Numbered from the whole stretch's first letter, positions 18,534 to 29,199 are shown. The stretch is 63,638 nucleotides of DNA, filler included, from 7 parts of 7 records of this genome joined end to end with filler, not necessarily neighbours in it, one strand, 5' to 3'. The notes: a model not told the origin generated them from the letters alone. Program-made: numbers and translations.

Positions 18534-19628
18534 ATGCAGGTTCCTGCAAGAGCCCGTAAGAAAACCGTTTTGTTCGCTCGACCTGTTTCGGCATTGGTGC
18601 TTGCCAGTGCCCTGGCCGGTTGCAGCCTGATCGATGATCGTTCCGAAGGCTACGTCAACGCACCGGAAGGCGAGCCGATTCAGGTGCCTGAAGGTCTCGA
18701 CAGCTCCCGGCTGAGCGAAACCATGCCGATACGTTCTATCAACGCCGCCGATTCCCGCAATCTTTACCCGTCGTCGATTCCCCGTCCGCCAGATATGACA
18801 TCCGAGATTCTGGATGAGAACTATGTGATTGAAGAGTTGGATGGCCGTATCTGGCTACTGGTCAATGAGGTGCCAGGACGGCTCTGGCCCGTGGTCAGTG
18901 CCTGGATGAATGAGAGCGGCCTGGGCATTGCCCATGACAGTCCTCAACTTGGGATTATCCAGAGTGAACTGGCAAACTTCAGCAAGCGCAGCCGTACACT
19001 GCTGGGGCTCGCCGATAATCCGACCGCCACAGAACCCAAGGTGGTGATGCAGGCCCGCCTGGCCCCTGGCATCCGTCGTAAAACCACCGAAATCCGCGTG
19101 CGTATTCTGGAACTGGAGCAAGCTCCGGAAGAGCTTCTGCCCTGGGACAGTAGCACGGTAACCGATGCAACCTTCGAGCAACAACAACGGGTGCTGTTGG
19201 CCGAGCTGGGGGATTTCCTCAAACAGCGTGAGGACAACAAATCCTTCTCGCGGGCGGCCTCAGGCATGGTATCCGAGCCGCTGGTGCGCTTGCAGTCGGA
19301 ACAGGATGAAGCGGTTGCCATTCGGGTGGAACTGGATTTCGGCCGCACCTGGGCAGAGGTCAATCGGTCCCTGGAGGAGATGGGGCTGCCGGTACTGGAT
19401 CTGAATCGCAGTGAAGGCTGGTTGCAGGTGGATTTCCGTACGGAAGACGAACGCAGTCCGGGCTGGTTCTCGTGGTTCAGCGATGCTGAAAAGCCGGTCC
19501 ACACCCACACAATCCGGATTCAGCAGGGTGCCGACGCCATGAGCGTTACCGCCGAGCAGTACGACAGCTACGAGGGTGAACGCAGTTCAGCAGATCTGCT
19601 CACCCAACTCTTTGAACATCTGTATTGA
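18534..19628 (+). CDS. bamC: Outer-membrane assembly lipoprotein BamC
   Basis: Lipobox LAGC; conserved position between dapA and purC; GGAG before ATG 18534. Confidence 0.75.
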   Translation: MQVPARARKKTVLFARPVSALVLASALAGCSLIDDRSEGYVNAPEGEPIQVPEGLDSSRLSETMPIRSINAADSRNLYPSSIPRPPDMTSEILDENYVIEELDGRIWLLVNEVPGRLWPVVSAWMNESGLGIAHDSPQLGIIQSELANFSKRSRTLLGLADNPTATEPKVVMQARLAPGIRRKTTEIRVRILELEQAPEELLPWDSSTVTDATFEQQQRVLLAELGDFLKQREDNKSFSRAASGMVSEPLVRLQSEQDEAVAIRVELDFGRTWAEVNRSLEEMGLPVLDLNRSEGWLQVDFRTEDERSPGWFSWFSDAEKPVHTHTIRIQQGADAMSVTAEQYDSYEGERSSADLLTQLFEHLY

Positions 19629-19669
19629 TTAACGGGGTGGCCGAGGCCACCGGCCGTTTGGAGAAAGTA

Positions 19670-20383
19670 ATGGAAAAGCGCGAAGAGCTTTATGCCGGCA
19701 AGGCAAAATCGGTTTACCGCACAGATGATCCCGAGCGGTTTGTTCTGGTATTCCGCGACGATACCTCGGCCTTTGACGGAGAGAAAAAAGAACAGCTGAA
19801 CCGCAAGGGCATGGTGAACAACAAGTTCAATGCCTTCATCATGGAAAAGCTGGAAGCGGCCGGCGTACCTACCCACTTCGAAGGGCTGCTGTCTGATACC
19901 GAGTCCCTGGTCAAGAAGCTTGAGATGATCCCGGTTGAGTGTGTGGTGCGCAACGTGTCTGCGGGCAGTCTGTGCCGTCGCCTTGGCGTGGAAGAGGGTC
20001 TGGAGCTGAACCCGCCCACCTTTGAGCTCTTTCTGAAAAACGACGCGCTGCACGATCCGATGGTGAACGAATCCCTGGCAGTCAGCTTTGGCTGGGCCAA
20101 GGCCGATGAGCTGGCCCGGATGAAAGAGCTGACCTATAAGGTCAACGACGTACTGAAAAAACTGTTTGACGACGCCGGCATGCTGCTGGTGGACTATAAG
20201 CTGGAATTTGGCCGCAGTGGTGGCCAGATCGTTCTGGGTGACGAATTCAGTCCCGATGGCTGTCGTATCTGGGACAAGGAAACCCGCAAGAAGATGGACA
20301 AGGATCGCTTCCGCCAGGGCCTTGGCGAAGTGATCGAAACCTATGAAGAAGTCGGTCGTCGTCTCGGCATAAAGTTTGACTGA
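19670..20383 (+). CDS. purC: SAICAR synthase
   Basis: [43 protein letters not shown]; 237 aa. Confidence 0.96.
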   Translation: MEKREELYAGKAKSVYRTDDPERFVLVFRDDTSAFDGEKKEQLNRKGMVNNKFNAFIMEKLEAAGVPTHFEGLLSDTESLVKKLEMIPVECVVRNVSAGSLCRRLGVEEGLELNPPTFELFLKNDALHDPMVNESLAVSFGWAKADELARMKELTYKVNDVLKKLFDDAGMLLVDYKLEFGRSGGQIVLGDEFSPDGCRIWDKETRKKMDKDRFRQGLGEVIETYEEVGRRLGIKFD

Positions 20384-20416
20384 CCGGGCAATACAACCAC
20401 AAAAAACGGGTGCGTT

Positions 20417-21157
20417 ATGCGTAAACTGATGATTGTTGTAGGTGGCTCACTGGCTTTGGCCGCGCCGCTGGCCAATGCTGATGTACTGGGCGTTGGCGCC
20501 AACGTTAGCTATTGGGATTCCGATTTCTCTGGCGAAGTGGTCAACAAGGATTCGGCCGTTGATATTGAAAAGGATCTCAACCTCGACAGCGACAGCAACG
20601 CGAACTTCACGGCGTTTTTCGAGCATCCGATTCCGGTGCTGCCGAACGTCCGGTTGAATTACACCAGCATTTCCCAGAGTGGGCGTGGTGAGATCGGGCT
20701 GGAAGCGTTTGATGACATACCGGTTGGTGCGGAAGTTAAGTCCGATCTGGATATCGATCAATTGGATGTGACCCTGTATTACGAAGTACTTGATAACTGG
20801 GTGAATCTGGATCTGGGCCTGACTGCCCGCCGATTTGATGGTGAGCTTGTGCTTCGCGATCAGACTCCGCTTTCCACAAAAGTGAGTGAAACCTCCGTCG
20901 ACGCCGTCGTCCCTATGGGCTACCTCGCCGCCCGTTTTGACCTGCCGTTAACTGGCGTGTCCGTAGGTGCCGAGGGCAATTTCATCAGCTACAGCGGCGA
21001 CTCTCTGCACGACTTCAACGCTTATGGCCAGTACGAATTCGCCATGCTGCAGCTGCGGGCGGGCTATCGCCAGATGGCCATCGACTATGAAGATGATGAC
21101 GACAAACTGGATGTCGAAATGTCCGGACCCTTCGCCAGTGTTGGCGTGGCGTTCTGA
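20417..21157 (+). CDS. Outer-membrane beta-barrel protein (TIGR04219-like)
   Basis: Signal peptide, FEHPIPVLPNVR, LYYEVLDN motifs, C-terminal Phe. Confidence 0.75.
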   Translation: MRKLMIVVGGSLALAAPLANADVLGVGANVSYWDSDFSGEVVNKDSAVDIEKDLNLDSDSNANFTAFFEHPIPVLPNVRLNYTSISQSGRGEIGLEAFDDIPVGAEVKSDLDIDQLDVTLYYEVLDNWVNLDLGLTARRFDGELVLRDQTPLSTKVSETSVDAVVPMGYLAARFDLPLTGVSVGAEGNFISYSGDSLHDFNAYGQYEFAMLQLRAGYRQMAIDYEDDDDKLDVEMSGPFASVGVAF

Positions 21158-21172
21158 CCAGGACCGCTAAAA

Positions 21173-21194
21173 GGCGCCTTCGGGCGCCATTTTT
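21173..21194 (+). terminator. Rho-independent terminator
   Basis: GGCGCC-TTCG-GGCGCC-ATTTTT. Confidence 0.75.
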
Positions 21195-21209
21195 CATGGA
21201 GAACAGATC

Positions 21210-21252
21210 TTGAAAATCCTCGTTACGGGAACCGCCGGCTTTATCGGCTCGC
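21210..21252 (+). CDS. NAD-dependent epimerase/dehydratase, N-terminal fragment (not in ORF track)
   Basis: TTG start after GGAG; MKILVTGTAGFIGS Rossmann motif, cut by linker. Confidence 0.75.
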
Positions 21253-21352
21253 NNNNNNNNNNNNNNNNNNNNNNNNNNNNNNNNNNNNNNNNNNNNTTAA
21301 TTAATTAANNNNNNNNNNNNNNNNNNNNNNNNNNNNNNNNNNNNNNNNNNNN
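21253..21352. other. Artificial contig linker
   Basis: N44-TTAATTAATTAA-N44. Confidence 0.99.
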
Positions 21353-21385
21353 ACAAACAAAAAGAAAAAAGCCAGCCACCGATTC

Positions 21386-21423
21386 AAAAGAGGGGGCGCA
21401 GCGCTCTTCTCAGCGCCACGCCC
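21386..21423 (-). terminator. Probable terminator after the large secreted protein gene
   Basis: Minus strand GGGCGTGGCGCT-GAGAAG-AGCGCTGCGCCC then CCTCTTTT; two G-U pairs form only on the minus strand. Confidence 0.55.
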
Positions 21424-21504
21424 TACCTGCCTATCAACTGAAAATTAATGTGACCAAAGATGTTGCTGATTTGTTTAACTCCAGATGATACTTAACCCGG
21501 ATTG

Positions 21505-24159
21505 TTAGCGTACGATACTTATCATACGCCGTTGGGTAGCGTCAATGCCGCCGTCAGCAAGCTCAAGGCGTAACTCGTAAATGCCCGAACTCAAACTCCG
21601 GCCCTGTGCGTCCTTAGCGTTCCAATCCATTCGGTGTTCGCCGGCAGAAAACTGGCCCTCTGCGACGATGCTAACGCGTCGCCCGCTGAGATCGTAAACA
21701 GCAAGTGTAATATTGGCGGATTCCTCCATGATAAAAGCAAACTGTGTTAACTCTTTAATTGGGTGCGGCTGTGGAGTTAACAGTTTGGCAACGCTGAGTT
21801 CATTGACAAACCCTACACCTCGTTTTGGAGCGTCGCCCTGATAGATTTCAATATCTAATGCAGGGCAAGAACCGTTCGAAGTGATTTCTATTGTGCCGTT
21901 TCGTGAACTGCCGCTATTGTTTTCGTCCAGGATTATGGTCAGAATGCCTGGTCCGCTGCCACCGCTGGCGGTGTACGTTGTTATCCATGGGGCTGTGCTG
22001 ACAGCATTCCAGTTAAGCACTGTTTGCGGCGCGCTGTTGCCAATCAAGACATCAATAACCTGCGCGCTGGAGCCGACGTCAAATGAGCGTTGTTTAATAT
22101 ACAGGCGAGGAACGGTGTTGCCCACGATTGCGTCCTGTGTTAACTCACAGTATGAAGCTGCGATGGCATCAATGTCCTCACTTGCGTTGTCGACGAAAAT
22201 ATCAAAGCTGCCGTTAAGGAACGAGTAATACAATACCGCAGGGTCTAAGCCGCCGGATTCATCCAGAACTGTTAATGGATCATCAGAATCGACGCTGAAT
22301 AATAGGGCTACGCCACGGCGAAATTCGGCGGGATCCCAAATTGAAACGAATTCAAAAGCATCAATGTCGGCCTGGTCTGAAATGCCTAAATGTAGCGTGG
22401 GCTCAACAACCGGAACCGGTCCGGCGGGAGTAACTTCATAAATTGTACCCGGGTGAAAAGCACTGTGTGAATTTGGGTCAATACCTGGTGCTTCGTGATC
22501 GGCTGAGAAATACCATATATCACAGCCTGCCGTTGCGATGGGCATATCCAATGCGTCTACATCGTCGTCATCCTGCTGATTAAACGGATCGGGATTTGGC
22601 GCCAGTTGGCTGTGTAACCACTCCTCGTCACTTATGCCAAACTCGTTTCCAACCAGGTTAGGGGAGCCGTAAGGTGATAGCATCATGTCCCAGGCTACGA
22701 CTTCGTCATTCTGTCCCGACTGGCCATATGTTAAGTTGTTTGTGCTGGCTTCATTTACCGGAACACTTGACGTATGGTCGAACATGTAGTGTGGCTCCCT
22801 GTCGTCGTCAAACGAGATTAACAAGAATTCGGGCTCGTAAAGGCAGGGAGTAAACGGTATGTGAATCGATGGAGACCCAGGCCCATAAGGCGTGTTTAAA
22901 AGCGAAAAACTTAAGTTGTCGCTTCCATCCAGATCAAAGTAATCCTTGTCATAGTCTGGAATCGCCGGGAACTGCCCTACCGGCGCGGCGCTGAGAGGCG
23001 GAAAATTTGGATCGGGTGTGCTGGGGGCGAAGTCAAGACCAACGAAAATGTCCTCATCATCCAGCAGTCCGTCTTCGCCGCCAAGAACGGGAACGGTTCC
23101 CATGTCGGCATACATGTCACCCGGATCAAAAAACTCGTCACTTGAAGGTGCCGGATCACTTAACTCTTTGTCAGAGCCGATATCCAAAGAAAACAGTGGA
23201 AAAGAGCACTCCATGCCACAGGTGGGGCCTGCCGAGTAGGGTGTTGGGAACAGTGAGGGGTTTAAGAGTACTGGCGGTCCAAGTGTAGTTGGAGTTTGTG
23301 CAAGGTGAAAACTGATCGCACCTGCGGCCTGAGCGTTTGCATGGTCATGGATAAAACAGAGTGCTCCCTGACCGGGACTGTTTATAGTTGCACTTACTTC
23401 TGAGACTATACGCACGTGAACTTCCTGATGATTGGCAACACTCATGTCCATGGGGGTGTTAGGCTGAACGGGTACACCATCGATGAAAAAAGTATGGATC
23501 TGGACTTGCGCGTCGTCCTCAGTTCCGGCTTCCGGTGTGTTAATTTCTGTAATAGAACGTGACGCATTAAAGTTTAAGATTGCCTGGCCTGACGGAGCAT
23601 GAATCTTAAGCTTAAAGTCAAACGTCAAATTTGAAGTTGCAGTCGCGGTATAACCTTCGTCACAGGATGAAGGGCACCAAAAGCAGCAGTCGTTTTTAGT
23701 AATGTGAGCTCTGGTCTGGGCCTGCTGTTGCCAATTGAAATCAACGACGTGTGAATTTTGCCCCTTGACTTCGGCCCGTGCAATGGCGTTGGCCGACGCC
23801 CGGGAAGTACTGGTTAACTGGCATTCGAATATGTCTTCTATGCCGTCACCATCTCCGTGGCCATGATCTACATCACTACCATCGCAGGTTTTGGCTTTGT
23901 CCAGGGCACTGGCATGACGGTAAATTCCGAAATCTGCTCCGGGGAACTGTGCGTTGGGAGTATTCGCAGAGATGTCCTCAGTTTCATTGTCGCCATCACA
24001 AAACGCGTCGGCATAGGCTTCAACAACCAGGTCTACAGTTGGGACAGATATCGTGATGTGATTTGCAAAAGTGCTGCTGTGAATAAACATACATAATGTA
24101 ATGCATAGGCCGGCGTACAATACGCCCTTAAGTGAAATTTTGGGCATAGAATTCTGCAT
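21505..24159 (-). CDS. Large secreted protein: Cys-containing N-domain, Asp-rich repeats, BACON-like domain, FlgD-Ig/T9SS-type C-terminal domain
   Basis: Signal peptide ...HSSTFA; W..STAPWIT..SGxGxGxLTI..N...RNGTIEI (BACON-like); LAVYDLSGRRV...GEHRMDWNAKDAQGRSLSSGIY tail; start 24159 or 24147. Confidence 0.7.
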   Translation of the reverse strand: MQNSMPKISLKGVLYAGLCITLCMFIHSSTFANHITISVPTVDLVVEAYADAFCDGDNETEDISANTPNAQFPGADFGIYRHASALDKAKTCDGSDVDHGHGDGDGIEDIFECQLTSTSRASANAIARAEVKGQNSHVVDFNWQQQAQTRAHITKNDCCFWCPSSCDEGYTATATSNLTFDFKLKIHAPSGQAILNFNASRSITEINTPEAGTEDDAQVQIHTFFIDGVPVQPNTPMDMSVANHQEVHVRIVSEVSATINSPGQGALCFIHDHANAQAAGAISFHLAQTPTTLGPPVLLNPSLFPTPYSAGPTCGMECSFPLFSLDIGSDKELSDPAPSSDEFFDPGDMYADMGTVPVLGGEDGLLDDEDIFVGLDFAPSTPDPNFPPLSAAPVGQFPAIPDYDKDYFDLDGSDNLSFSLLNTPYGPGSPSIHIPFTPCLYEPEFLLISFDDDREPHYMFDHTSSVPVNEASTNNLTYGQSGQNDEVVAWDMMLSPYGSPNLVGNEFGISDEEWLHSQLAPNPDPFNQQDDDDVDALDMPIATAGCDIWYFSADHEAPGIDPNSHSAFHPGTIYEVTPAGPVPVVEPTLHLGISDQADIDAFEFVSIWDPAEFRRGVALLFSVDSDDPLTVLDESGGLDPAVLYYSFLNGSFDIFVDNASEDIDAIAASYCELTQDAIVGNTVPRLYIKQRSFDVGSSAQVIDVLIGNSAPQTVLNWNAVSTAPWITTYTASGGSGPGILTIILDENNSGSSRNGTIEITSNGSCPALDIEIYQGDAPKRGVGFVNELSVAKLLTPQPHPIKELTQFAFIMEESANITLAVYDLSGRRVSIVAEGQFSAGEHRMDWNAKDAQGRSLSSGIYELRLELADGGIDATQRRMISIVR

Positions 24160-24674
24160 GGATGGGGTAACCTCCATTAGCAAAGTTAGGTGGATTTGCC
24201 GCGCACAGTGCAATTATACGCACCGGTAATTGGCGGCGTGGACCAGTTCTGGGGATCATTCCAGACTGGGGATTGTGAATTTTTGCACGCGCAGTTCAGG
24301 CCAAAGAATTGGAGTAGACCGCGCAGCGTCGGATCAAAACCAGAGCAATTGGGTTAGTGCGAACTTGAGTCGTATGCGTTACAGCGCTTCGTTTTTGGAT
24401 GAGGCGGAAAAAGGAAGAGCTGTTAGTTGAGTGATTACATGCATTGCGTCTTTGAGAGTGCGGCAAAGTACTGCCATGCATTATTGGGCGATGTTAAGAA
24501 GTAATGTGGTTCGTACGAGCGGTACAAAAGTTTTGCGCTGAATGGCGCGGTATTTGATTGTCACACTGACACAGCTGTTCAAAAAACATCCCAACATTGG
24601 CGTGCCGGTTTTTTCCCTGAAGTTACAACATCAGTGCGTTTGACGTGAAAGGATAAGTTAATCGAAATTCTGGA

Positions 24675-25862
24675 CTAAACAAATAAGCCTGTTGTTGATC
24701 CGCTCCAAGGGACGTTGTTATAACGCACGCCCATCATTGGTCCGCGTCCCGTGCGAATGAGTGACATCACTGGAACGGGTTTGGCGGCATCGGCAGGCCA
24801 GATAGACATTATGCGAATTTCAAGTTTGTTCATGCCTTCCGGAGTTAACATGCAGGAGGCATAATTTACTTTTTCTTGTAAAATATAGTTGGCGGCGTTC
24901 TCCAATTGTGCACGCTCAACGTCCATGCGATTCGGTTGAACGTTAACACCTTTACCGGCGAATGAATAGAGTGGTTTGAGGACGAAGTTCTCAAGGTCAT
25001 CCGGCAGTGTTTCCATGCGATCCAGTCGCCAGGTTCTTGGAACGGATTTGTGTTCCAGGAAAGGTAGCAGGAATTTGCTGATACGGAAGTACCAATTGGG
25101 GTGCCCGGCCCATTCCACATCCAGTTCATCATTCCAGAGAAAGGGCAGGCTGGCATTGTTTTCGTCGAGTTCATCAACGATTGCGCGATTATAAATGCGT
25201 TTTATCGGGACCCAGCGACCATTGCGCTGGTGCAGCAGAGTTTTGCCTTCCTTGCGCACGTGCCGAATGTCGGTCTCCTCAATGCCCAGCAGGCGATTTG
25301 TTGCCAGGAAGTCAGGTCGCGTTTTCTGTTCTTTGGGAGCATATTCCAGCAGCGCGACCTGTTCCGGATCGTGGTCACCCAGAATTGCCGCTTTTAACAT
25401 TCCGACATATTCAGATTCGCTTAGCTGGCTCAGGGTTGTTTGAAGTTGACTGTCGAGACCGAAGGTTTCCTTCATGGTCTGGCCATACATCAGCTGATAT
25501 CCGTAGAGCGAGGGGAACCCCTGCATCTCAATCAATTTTGGCTCATATTCGCCATCTGGCGTCTGTGTTACAGCAAAGTCTGTAACGGCAAAGAGTGGAT
25601 GGTGATCCTGGTCGCGCACGCGATAACGATCTTCCAATGTTGCATCGGAAACCCTGAGCATGTCCGGCTGGACACATTCTTCGAGAATTGCGACTGCGGC
25701 CTGCTCAAGTTTTTCGCGGAACTCGTGGGAGATGAATACCGGGCATTCACATACGCGGAAACCGATCTGCATGCCGATGCGCGTATGCAGGGTGTCCAGG
25801 AATTGGTCAAACCTGGTTTGGCTAAACGAGTCCATGAATTGTTTCTGCAGGTCGGGACGCAT
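24675..25862 (-). CDS. Uncharacterised ATP-grasp-like ligase (glutathionylspermidine synthase/circularly permuted type)
   Basis: DF...PKLIEMQGFPS, FVLKPLYSFAGKGV, YILQEKVNY; start moved to ATG 25862. Confidence 0.55.
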   Translation of the reverse strand: MRPDLQKQFMDSFSQTRFDQFLDTLHTRIGMQIGFRVCECPVFISHEFREKLEQAAVAILEECVQPDMLRVSDATLEDRYRVRDQDHHPLFAVTDFAVTQTPDGEYEPKLIEMQGFPSLYGYQLMYGQTMKETFGLDSQLQTTLSQLSESEYVGMLKAAILGDHDPEQVALLEYAPKEQKTRPDFLATNRLLGIEETDIRHVRKEGKTLLHQRNGRWVPIKRIYNRAIVDELDENNASLPFLWNDELDVEWAGHPNWYFRISKFLLPFLEHKSVPRTWRLDRMETLPDDLENFVLKPLYSFAGKGVNVQPNRMDVERAQLENAANYILQEKVNYASCMLTPEGMNKLEIRIMSIWPADAAKPVPVMSLIRTGRGPMMGVRYNNVPWSGSTTGLFV

Positions 25863-25965
25863 GCGCTCACCTAAATTTCTAGTGCCGGATAGTATTCTCA
25901 ATCTAACAATTGAGCCGCGCAGAAAATACACATTCCGGCGCGAATGTCCACTGTGTCACTTGTGG

Positions 25966-26451
25966 TCAAAGGACGCGGCGTGCGCCCATAAAGCGACCGT
26001 CAAAATAGGGTGAGCTTAACATCTCGCGCACCACGCCCTGTGAAGATGAGGCGTGAATAAATGCGTCGTTACCCACAAAAAGGCCTACGTGTGATACGCC
26101 TTTGCCGTTGGTGTTAAAGAAGACAAGGTCCCCTGGCTGCAATGCCGAGCGCTCCACGGCACGTCCCACCATAAACTGCTGGCGTGAAGTACGCGGCAGG
26201 TGCTCACCGCCTTCACGGAAAACAAACATCATGAGTGCTGAGCAGTCAACTCCCTGGCGTGTGGTGCCGCCGTACTTATAGGGCACTCCCAGCCAGTCAC
26301 GTGCTGCCGAGATAGTTTTACCTACCGGCGAACTGTTGGAATGCACGGCCCCCGCGCCTTTCCCGGAAGAGAAGCGGACGCTAGAGCCACATGCCTGGAA
26401 GAAGAGCATGCCGCCAATTATCACCAGGCTGACGAATCCTCGAACATACAT
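25966..26451 (-). CDS. NlpC/P60 (C40) lipoprotein peptidase
   Basis: PYKYGG, GVDCSAL, LPRTS, PGDLVFF, SHVG, FIHAS; lipobox FQAC. Confidence 0.92.
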   Translation of the reverse strand: MYVRGFVSLVIIGGMLFFQACGSSVRFSSGKGAGAVHSNSSPVGKTISAARDWLGVPYKYGGTTRQGVDCSALMMFVFREGGEHLPRTSRQQFMVGRAVERSALQPGDLVFFNTNGKGVSHVGLFVGNDAFIHASSSQGVVREMLSSPYFDGRFMGARRVL

Positions 26452-26537
26452 ACCTGTAGCCACCGCAAATTGCGGGCCAAGTTTGTGCTGCGCGCCAAAT
26501 GGATGTGAAGAGCTGGGTGTTGCGGGCTAAATGTGAA

Positions 26538-26876
26538 TCAGAATTCAATCGTACCATGTATGGCGAGCCAAATGGCGGCTGGTGATCTACTTGTGCCGGC
26601 TACGCGGTGCCGGGTTCGCGCCGGAATAAAGACGTAATCTCCCGGCCCAAGAAAGAGCATCTGTTCATTTTCGAGCTCTAGGCGCGCCTCACCCTGCAGC
26701 AGCAAAACCCATTCATCCAGGTCCTGATCATACCATTCACCGGCCGGAGTGGAATGTGCAATAGAAACGATTCGTTCGATATGCACGTCGCTACCCGACG
26801 CCAAAACTTGGGTGATTTCTGCGCCGTTTTGCGGCAATTCTGTCGAAGTGTAGATATTGCGAACGATGAGTGGCAT
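26538..26876 (-). CDS. Cupin-domain protein
   Basis: IERIVS, WYDQDLDEWVLLLQG, PGDYVFIPA..RHRV, IWLAIH. Confidence 0.85.
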   Translation of the reverse strand: MPLIVRNIYTSTELPQNGAEITQVLASGSDVHIERIVSIAHSTPAGEWYDQDLDEWVLLLQGEARLELENEQMLFLGPGDYVFIPARTRHRVAGTSRSPAAIWLAIHGTIEF

Positions 26877-27036
26877 ACATTACCTTGTTGTCGGCTGAAA
26901 TGATGGCATAAACTAGCAAAATTGAGTGAGGTAGCCTATCTATACTCGCGACCTAAAAATTACCGGCCCCTGTGCAACATCTGAGCCGGGAGCGAGCGCT
27001 GAGAGTCAGACGCGTTTTGCACTTCTTAAAACACGT

Positions 27037-28062
27037 TTGTTGCGTGCAGGCCTGCTCATTTGCGCGCTGATGTTCGGCCTGACGGCGGCATGCAACGATA
27101 GCGCCGATAAACCCGCAGCCACGGACGCACCCGCGAAAAAGTCTGCCGAACAGACAATGCCCGCCCTTCCGTCGGGTTCCGGGCCGCAAATTGCCGTAGA
27201 CACGGTGATATTGATGGGCGCTCTGCGCGCCGGAGCCTACAAAGATGCAGTCAGAATGTCACGTGGCATGCTGCAGGCGAATGGCTCTTCGATTGATACC
27301 GGCGACGAAGCCGTGCTGTATTTTGTGATTGCCGATGCCTACAGCAAACTTGGAGGACGCGACACGGCTGCGCTCTACAGCCAGCGCGCTCTGCGCGTCT
27401 GGAAGCTGGCGGGAACTCCCGTAGGTCCGCTGCAACTGGATGCAGCACGCTTAGCGCTATCTACACAACTGCGCTCGGCGCAGGCCGAATTTGCCGAGCC
27501 ATTTTTTGGTCAGGTAATGGAGTTCACGCAGCTGATACACGGTGCCGAGTCAGCGGAATTCGCCGCCGCCGCATTTGAGTATGGCTCCTGGCTGATTGGC
27601 CAATCGCGTGGTGTGATGGCAATCGAACGCCTGGAGGAAGCGCATGCAATCTACACAGCCCTGGATTCCGCTGCGGCAACGGCGCGCTGCCGACAGCTGC
27701 AGGGTATAGCACTGTTTCGCGATGGAGACATTCAGTCCGCCGGCGTGCTGTTTGAAGAAGCGTTTAACATACGCAAGTCACTGTACAGCGGCGTGCACCT
27801 TGAACTCGCCGAGTCGCACAACAGCCTTGGAACCATTGCTTTTGCCGATAAGCGCTTTGAAGACGCCGCCGCAAACTTTGAACAGGCAGTCAATATGCAC
27901 GCAACGCTGTATAGCGATGTTGATCCCGGACTAATTGACATTCTGCGCAATCTGCGTTCGAGTTACAATCGCCTCAAACGTCCCGGTGACGCCGCTGCAA
28001 TTGATGAGCATCTGGAGAAAGTATTGCAGGCACAATCAAACGCCCAGAAGTTGAATCAATAG
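27037..28062 (+). CDS. TPR-repeat lipoprotein
   Basis: Lipobox TAAC; kinesin-light-chain-type TPRs (HLELAESHNSLG..F..A...FEQA). Confidence 0.75.
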   Translation: MLRAGLLICALMFGLTAACNDSADKPAATDAPAKKSAEQTMPALPSGSGPQIAVDTVILMGALRAGAYKDAVRMSRGMLQANGSSIDTGDEAVLYFVIADAYSKLGGRDTAALYSQRALRVWKLAGTPVGPLQLDAARLALSTQLRSAQAEFAEPFFGQVMEFTQLIHGAESAEFAAAAFEYGSWLIGQSRGVMAIERLEEAHAIYTALDSAAATARCRQLQGIALFRDGDIQSAGVLFEEAFNIRKSLYSGVHLELAESHNSLGTIAFADKRFEDAAANFEQAVNMHATLYSDVDPGLIDILRNLRSSYNRLKRPGDAAAIDEHLEKVLQAQSNAQKLNQ

Positions 28063-28126
28063 TCTGCCGAACAAAATTCCCGGCGCTCGACGCAGCAAAC
28101 ATTGCGCAACTGAATAGTGAACACTA

Positions 28127-28924
28127 ATGAAACACCTACGGCAAGCAACCCTCGAAAGTCCCGCACTGGTCAATCTTTTTGGCGGTCCTGTTGATGTATT
28201 TGACAGCGGCGCGCAGGCCGGCCAGGCCAATATGGACTTTGACACTGAACATGCTCTGGCGCTTGGCCGTGGTGAGGCACTGCCGATGCTGCGTTTCTAT
28301 GCCTGGAACCCATGGACTGTTTCGCTTGGCAAACATCAGTCCGAAGAAGATATCGATGCCGCGCGCCTTGCCGAACGTGGTTACGCCATGGTGCGCCGTC
28401 CCACAGGTGGCCGCGCCGTCTTCCACGCCCAGGAACTGACTTATTCGATTACTGCACGCCTGAGCGAGGAACGCGGACCGACTGAAATCTATCGGCTTGT
28501 GAATGAGCGGCTTCTGGATGGTCTGCAGGCCCTGGCGGAAGCTCTTAGTTATGAAAAATCGCAAACCGACTTCCGCAAACACTATAGCATGCCCAAGAAG
28601 TCACTCCCCTGCTTTTCCAGTTCTGCACGTTATGAGCTTGTATATGAGGGTCGCAAGCTGGTCGGAAGTGCCCAGCGTCGCTTTGGTAATGTGGTATTGC
28701 AGCATGGTTCAATCTTACTTGGCGCTGCACACACGGAATTGGCCGATCTTGCCAATCTGGAATCTGATGCCGCACGCCGTGCCATGCGTATGGCACTCAA
28801 AAGTCAAACGGCAACACTAAGCGAACTGCATGGTGGCGAGGTCGATTACGCCGCAGCCGTGGAGGCCGTATTCAGCGGTTTTGTGCAGGATACAGCCGCA
28901 CAGGCGCAACTACAGTCCGTTTGA
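28127..28924 (+). CDS. Lipoate-protein ligase / octanoyltransferase (LplA/LipM family)
   Basis: NMDFD, LRFYAW, RRPTGGRAVFH, ELTYS, CF, GRKLVGSAQ, LQHGS. Confidence 0.9.
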   Translation: MKHLRQATLESPALVNLFGGPVDVFDSGAQAGQANMDFDTEHALALGRGEALPMLRFYAWNPWTVSLGKHQSEEDIDAARLAERGYAMVRRPTGGRAVFHAQELTYSITARLSEERGPTEIYRLVNERLLDGLQALAEALSYEKSQTDFRKHYSMPKKSLPCFSSSARYELVYEGRKLVGSAQRRFGNVVLQHGSILLGAAHTELADLANLESDAARRAMRMALKSQTATLSELHGGEVDYAAAVEAVFSGFVQDTAAQAQLQSV

Positions 28925-29199
28925 TGCGTTAGCTTGCGGACTGCCGGCCAGGCCGGTCGGACTTAGATAAGATAGTGTGAACGGAATGTGCCGGCGTCTG
29001 TATTATTGGTCTGACATTTAGGTGTCATCTGGTGCGGCTGCGACTGGCAAACAAGCTTGCGGCCGATATGCCAACTGATTGACTGGCGTTGTGAATTTGA
29101 ACTTTGGGATCACAGATTATGGGTTCGTTGGATTTAGACTCGTCGTTTACAGGCTCAGGTTCTTCATGTTCAGATCCAACTTCCAGCGGTGACAATGAT

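Noticed and set aside
13048-21157. nadA-bepA-bcp-dapA-bamC-purC block as a novel cluster
   Set aside because: Ordinary gammaproteobacterial gene order. No gcvR between bcp and dapA, which is likely lineage variation and cannot be assessed here
24214-24674. Riboswitch or ncRNA in the long leader of the secreted protein
   Set aside because: Only one weak hairpin (about 24243-24269) and no recognisable aptamer; cannot support a call without a covariance search
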